Assembly: GCA_017455295.1 (NCBI GenBank)
Contig: JAFTBJ010000118.1
Coordinates: 1-56,081 of the forward strand
Origin: Clostridia bacterium
GTDB lineage: Bacteria > Bacillota > Clostridia > Oscillospirales > Acutalibacteraceae
DNA: 56,081 nt
Reading direction: 5' to 3'
Shown in pieces: positions 52,430-56,081 of this stretch (positions within the stretch are counted from its first letter, which is position 1; each line of letters begins with the position of its first letter). The notes beneath the pieces were generated by a model. That model was not told the origin of the DNA, did no database searches, and worked only from the letters and a program-made list of their open reading frames with translations. A program made the translations under genes and the position numbers.

Positions 52430-53974
52430 ATGAGCATCCGGCGGATTTCTTTTACTTTTCTCTCCTTACTGCTGACGTTTGCTCTGCTCGCGTCGGCTGC
52501 CCTGCCGATGATCTTATCGGCGGAGGATGTCATCCATCGTCCGATCGTGTTGCAGTTTGTTTCCAAATGGAGAAATTATACCTATGGTGGCGGCACGCTT
52601 TATGATACCGGCTGCGGTATGTTCTCCATCGTCAACGCGGTCGGCTGGCTGACCGGCAACGAGATGAGCGTGACCGAGGTCGCCTCGTGGGGACACAGCA
52701 TCGGCGGGTATAACCCCGGCACAAGCTCGGACGGCACCTATCGCCTGACGGTCTATCCGAAGCTGCAGGCAAAGTATGGCGCCACCTATGGCTTCACCGT
52801 CGACTGTGGCTCGGACGATGAAGGCTATTGGGCGGGTGCCAGCTCGTCCATTTTGCAAAATCATCTGGCAAATGGCGGCGCAGCGATCATCCATGTGCCG
52901 GGACACTTTATTGCCGCGCTGGAATTTGATAAAGATACAAAGTATTATCACATTTATGAAAGCGCTCCGAGCTCCACCCGCGGCACTAACGGTACCGACG
53001 GCGATATCTGGCGCTCGGTGTCCCAAATGTCCACCGGCGGTCTCAAGATCGACTGGTTTTGTCTGCTGACAAAAACCGGCTCGCCCATCAACCGCGACTA
53101 TGGCCAAACCGGCACGACCGCGGCAAAATGCGGCACCTATCGCATCACCGCGGACGCGCTGAATGTGCGCAGCGGTCCGAGCGTGGATTACGGCGTGTTG
53201 ACTACCGTGGAGAAGAACGATCTCGTCAAGGTGACGGAGCTTGCCTCCAACGGTTGGGGACGCTTTGAAGCGCCGAGCGGCGTGGAGGGCTGGTCCAATG
53301 TGACCGGCTACGCTTCCTATATCGGCGTGGACGCGATGGCGTATGACATCCATGTCCCGTCCGGCGTGTCGTATACATTTGCGGAGGACGGCAGTATCAC
53401 CATCACCAACACCGGCTCGGCGGCCGCTTCCGCGAGCTTTATTTTGCCGCAAACGATCGGCACCTGGACGACGCCATATTTTGGCATCAAGGCGACGCCG
53501 CTGTCCGGCAGCTTCGGATTTGCTCTGCAAAACCGCACCGGTGGCTACACGATGATCTGGAGCGGCGGCAAGCTGACGGCGGGGATGAATGTATCGACAG
53601 CGATCACGATGGCGCATACTTCCGAAACCGATCTCGCGCCCTTATGGTCGCTGGATGCGGAGAAACAAATCGACTGCGTCCGCATCGATTTAGCGCCCGC
53701 CTCTTCCGTCAAGATCGACTATTGCTATTTTGCGGCCTCGGCCAAAACCGTGACCGATACGTCCTATAACCTCGCGCGGCCGCAAAACGTGACGCCCGGC
53801 GACGTGACCGGGGATGGCGCGGTGACGACAGGCGACGCGCGGGCGATCGTGTGCCATCTGGCCGGCAGCAAAACGCTTGATGCGAGCGCGCTGCTTGCGG
53901 CGGATTATAATGGCGACGGCGAGGTGACCACCTCCGACGTGCGCTTCATGCTGCAAGCATTGGCGGCGGCATAA
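52430..53974 (+). CDS. secreted papain-fold (peptidase C39-like) / SH3b / unknown domain / dockerin protein, paralog 2
   Basis: It is colinear with 50869-52392 (LYDTGCGMFSIVNAVGWL, VPGHFIAALEF, GTYRITADALNVRSGPSVDYGVLTTV, GDVTGDGAVTTGDARAIV...ADYNGDGEVTTSDVRFML). Confidence 0.7.
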   Translation: MSIRRISFTFLSLLLTFALLASAALPMILSAEDVIHRPIVLQFVSKWRNYTYGGGTLYDTGCGMFSIVNAVGWLTGNEMSVTEVASWGHSIGGYNPGTSSDGTYRLTVYPKLQAKYGATYGFTVDCGSDDEGYWAGASSSILQNHLANGGAAIIHVPGHFIAALEFDKDTKYYHIYESAPSSTRGTNGTDGDIWRSVSQMSTGGLKIDWFCLLTKTGSPINRDYGQTGTTAAKCGTYRITADALNVRSGPSVDYGVLTTVEKNDLVKVTELASNGWGRFEAPSGVEGWSNVTGYASYIGVDAMAYDIHVPSGVSYTFAEDGSITITNTGSAAASASFILPQTIGTWTTPYFGIKATPLSGSFGFALQNRTGGYTMIWSGGKLTAGMNVSTAITMAHTSETDLAPLWSLDAEKQIDCVRIDLAPASSVKIDYCYFAASAKTVTDTSYNLARPQNVTPGDVTGDGAVTTGDARAIVCHLAGSKTLDASALLAADYNGDGEVTTSDVRFMLQALAAA

Positions 53975-54085
53975 TTTGAAAATGCGTGCATTTTTTGTCC
54001 GATTTTCTTGTTTTCTTTTCTTGAGTTTTGTAGGTATGCGTCCTATAATAATATAGAGCTAGCCATAGCAAACGGAGGGATCGAT

Positions 54086-56081
54086 ATGAAACGTCGGATA
54101 TTGGCTTTGTTTCTTACGGTGGCGCTGATCCTCAGCCTGTCGGGGGTATCCGTCTTTGCGGAAACCATTTCGCCGCTTGATGAGGACAAATTCACCATTT
54201 TGTGGGTCAGCGATCCGCAGTGGTATTCGTTTGCGTACCCGGAGATCATCACGGCGGATAATCAGTGGGTGGTGGATAACTACGACCGCATGGACATTCG
54301 CTATATCGCGATGACCGGCGACTTTGTGGATAATCCCCACAACCACGAACAATGGAAACCGATGGACGCGGCGTATAAGCTGTGGGATCAGGCGGGACTG
54401 CGTTACGGTGTGCTCGCCGGCAACCACGACGTGGATGGCTCCGACCATACGGAGTTTAGCCAGTATTTCGGTGCGGCGCGGTATCAGAACAACCCGTGGT
54501 ACGGCGGCAGCTATGAAGATAACTTTGGTCACTACGACCTGCTCACCATTGAAGGCATCGAGTTCGTGTTTGTCTATATGGGTTACAACAAGTCCTATAA
54601 ACAAGCGGACATCGATTGGATGAACAGCGTACTCAGAGCCTATCCGAACCGCATCGCGGCGGTGCTCTTTCATGACTATATGACAGCATCTGGCGAGCGC
54701 AGCGCAAGCGGCGAGAACTTCTTCCAAAAGGTGGTGCTCCCGAACCCGAATGTGCGGCTTGTGATGTGCGGCCACAACGCGGAATGCACCCGCACCGTGG
54801 ATGAGGTCGACGACGACGGCGACGGCAAAGCCGATCGTACGGTCTATCAAATGATGGCGAACTATCAATACACCGACGTGGGTGGCAACGGGTTTGTGCG
54901 CTTTATGGAATTTGATAAAGCGGACGGCACCATCACCCAGCGCACCTATTCGCCCTACGTTGCGAAATTCGGCTCGCCTTATGAAGACGGTATCGCGTAT
55001 GACGAATACGGCACCCGCGACACCTTCACGATCCCGTTCGATTTCTCGGCGCCCAAGGCCAAAAGCGCCGGTGACCCCGACACCGGCACCGTGGTGGTTA
55101 CCCGCGAAGTGACTTTCGCGCAAACGTCGTCCTCCGCGGCGTCGGTCGTACCGGTGACCTATCAAAACGAAAGTGAGACCAGCAAGCCTTATGAAGGCAT
55201 TGGCGTGTACGATCGCTACTTCTCGCTTAACGCGGCGGATGCATTCAATAATCCGCGTGCGCTCAATTATGTGACGGCGATCTATGACGGCGATGCGTAC
55301 TATATTGACAGCGTTACGCGCGGCTCGTGGATGTCGGCAAACGATGCGACGGTATTGATCCCGCAAAACGGTGTTGTTGTCGCACTTCCTGACGGAATCA
55401 CGGATAAAACCGGAAAAGCGCTCAATATCGGCGCTTTGGAAAAAGGGCAGAAGATCTTTTTGAAAAATCTCGACGGCATCAAAACGCCGTCTGCTATCAA
55501 CCGGGTATCCATCACCACTTCGTTTGGCGGCACATACAGCATTAACAGCACCAACCGCGAAGGCGGCAACAACGAATGGGTGCTGTACGACACAGCGGTC
55601 AACTGCGACCATACGTGGGATATGCTCTTTTCCTTTAAGCCCGTTTCGGGACAGGCCGGGCGCTATACGATCGAAAACGCCATGACCACACTCGGGCAGG
55701 CAAAATCCCTGACCGTCCCGACAAACGGCTTCCTGCTCTCGATCAACACCTATTCCGGCAAAGACGAGCTTCGTGCGTCGCTGCGCAAGTATTTCACCGT
55801 TGGCGCGACTGTGACGCTCAACGACTACACGCCCGGCGCGGGGGCCAGCTACTCGATGAAGAGCATCTTGCCGAGCAGTGTGTCTTCCTGGAAGTATGAC
55901 AGCTCGTTGATGAAGTTCACCCAAGAGGGGAACGCGCAGGTGTTTTATAAGGTGAGCGGCGACTGGCCGACGGCGGATTACAACCTGACGTCGCCCATCA
56001 CGTTCGACCCTGCGGCCTATGCGCTCTATTATGATTTCAAGATGGTCAGCGGCTCCAAATCCAACATCATCCTGTTCTTCA
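54086..56081 (+). CDS. secreted calcineurin-like metallophosphoesterase with large C-terminal extension (partial, runs off the window)
   Basis: It is not in the ORF track because there is no stop inside the window. ACGGAGGGA lies before ATG 54086. Signal peptide is MKRRILALFLTVALILSLSGVSVFA. Motifs are ILWVSDPQ, MTGDFVDN, GVLAGNHD, VLFHDY and VMCGHN. I translated the frame by hand from 54086 to about 54430 and from 55139 to 56081 and found no stop. The segment 54430-55139 was not translated codon by codon. Confidence 0.75.
   Translation, partial: MKRRILALFLTVALILSLSGVSVFAETISPLDEDKFTILWVSDPQWYSFAYPEIITADNQWVVDNYDRMDIRYIAMTGDFVDNPHNHEQWKPMDAAYKLWDQAGLRYGVLAGNHDVDGSDHTEFSQYFGAARYQNNPWYGGSYEDNFGHYDLLTIEGIEFVFVYMGYNKSYKQADIDWMNSVLRAYPNRIAAVLFHDYMTASGERSASGENFFQKVVLPNPNVRLVMCGHNAECTRTVDEVDDDGDGKADRTVYQMMANYQYTDVGGNGFVRFMEFDKADGTITQRTYSPYVAKFGSPYEDGIAYDEYGTRDTFTIPFDFSAPKAKSAGDPDTGTVVVTREVTFAQTSSSAASVVPVTYQNESETSKPYEGIGVYDRYFSLNAADAFNNPRALNYVTAIYDGDAYYIDSVTRGSWMSANDATVLIPQNGVVVALPDGITDKTGKALNIGALEKGQKIFLKNLDGIKTPSAINRVSITTSFGGTYSINSTNREGGNNEWVLYDTAVNCDHTWDMLFSFKPVSGQAGRYTIENAMTTLGQAKSLTVPTNGFLLSINTYSGKDELRASLRKYFTVGATVTLNDYTPGAGASYSMKSILPSSVSSWKYDSSLMKFTQEGNAQVFYKVSGDWPTADYNLTSPITFDPAAYALYYDFKMVSGSKSNIILFF

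Noticed and set aside
50869-53974. The C39-like domains as bacteriocin leader-processing peptidases.
   Set aside because: They are not fused to ABC transporter domains. They are secreted and are combined with SH3b and dockerin modules, so a wall-directed papain-fold hydrolase role is more plausible.

Overview
This is a 56-kb chromosomal window from a high-G+C (high-50s % by eye), endospore-forming Clostridia-type Firmicute. The spoIVB-spo0A pair and six dockerin-bearing proteins suggest an Oscillospiraceae/Ruminococcaceae-like organism. I saw no rRNA, tRNA, CRISPR array, transposase or integrase. Layout: (i) 0-3.2 kb holds two head-to-head phosphoglycosyl transferases and a membrane-anchored phosphodiester glycosidase. 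(ii) 3.5-37.4 kb is a strictly co-directional 24-gene glycan-utilisation supercluster headed by an AraC regulator. It contains two CUT1-type ABC importers (2 binding proteins, 4 permeases, no ATPase), an NHL-propeller/TPR/Yip1 membrane protein and a DUF5696-like protein. It also contains two tandem C-terminally anchored paralogs, an FAD oxidoreductase, two GH26-like lipoproteins, four tandem paralogs of an unrecognised ~480-aa domain (cytoplasmic, lipoprotein and two dockerin forms), a GH20 hexosaminidase, two SGNH esterases and a 4-TM membrane protein. (iii) 37.4-41.0 kb holds core genes (DUF308/HdeD-like, spo0A, spoIVB, a Cys-rich ORF). (iv) 41.0-47.9 kb is an insertion hotspot around an aquaporin gene. 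It holds a very low-G+C XRE / 24-codon micro-ORF / ABC-exporter island. It also holds a lower-G+C island encoding a receptor-like TIR-TM-beta-propeller protein, split by a frameshift and flanked by a duplicated hydrolase 3' end. (v) 48.8-56.1 kb encodes dockerin-tagged cell-wall-lytic enzymes (a double GH25, two C39-like/SH3b proteins) and a secreted metallophosphoesterase that runs off the window. The best candidates for undescribed biology are the TIR island and the four-paralog unknown family. All functional calls come from motif recognition by eye; no database search was run.
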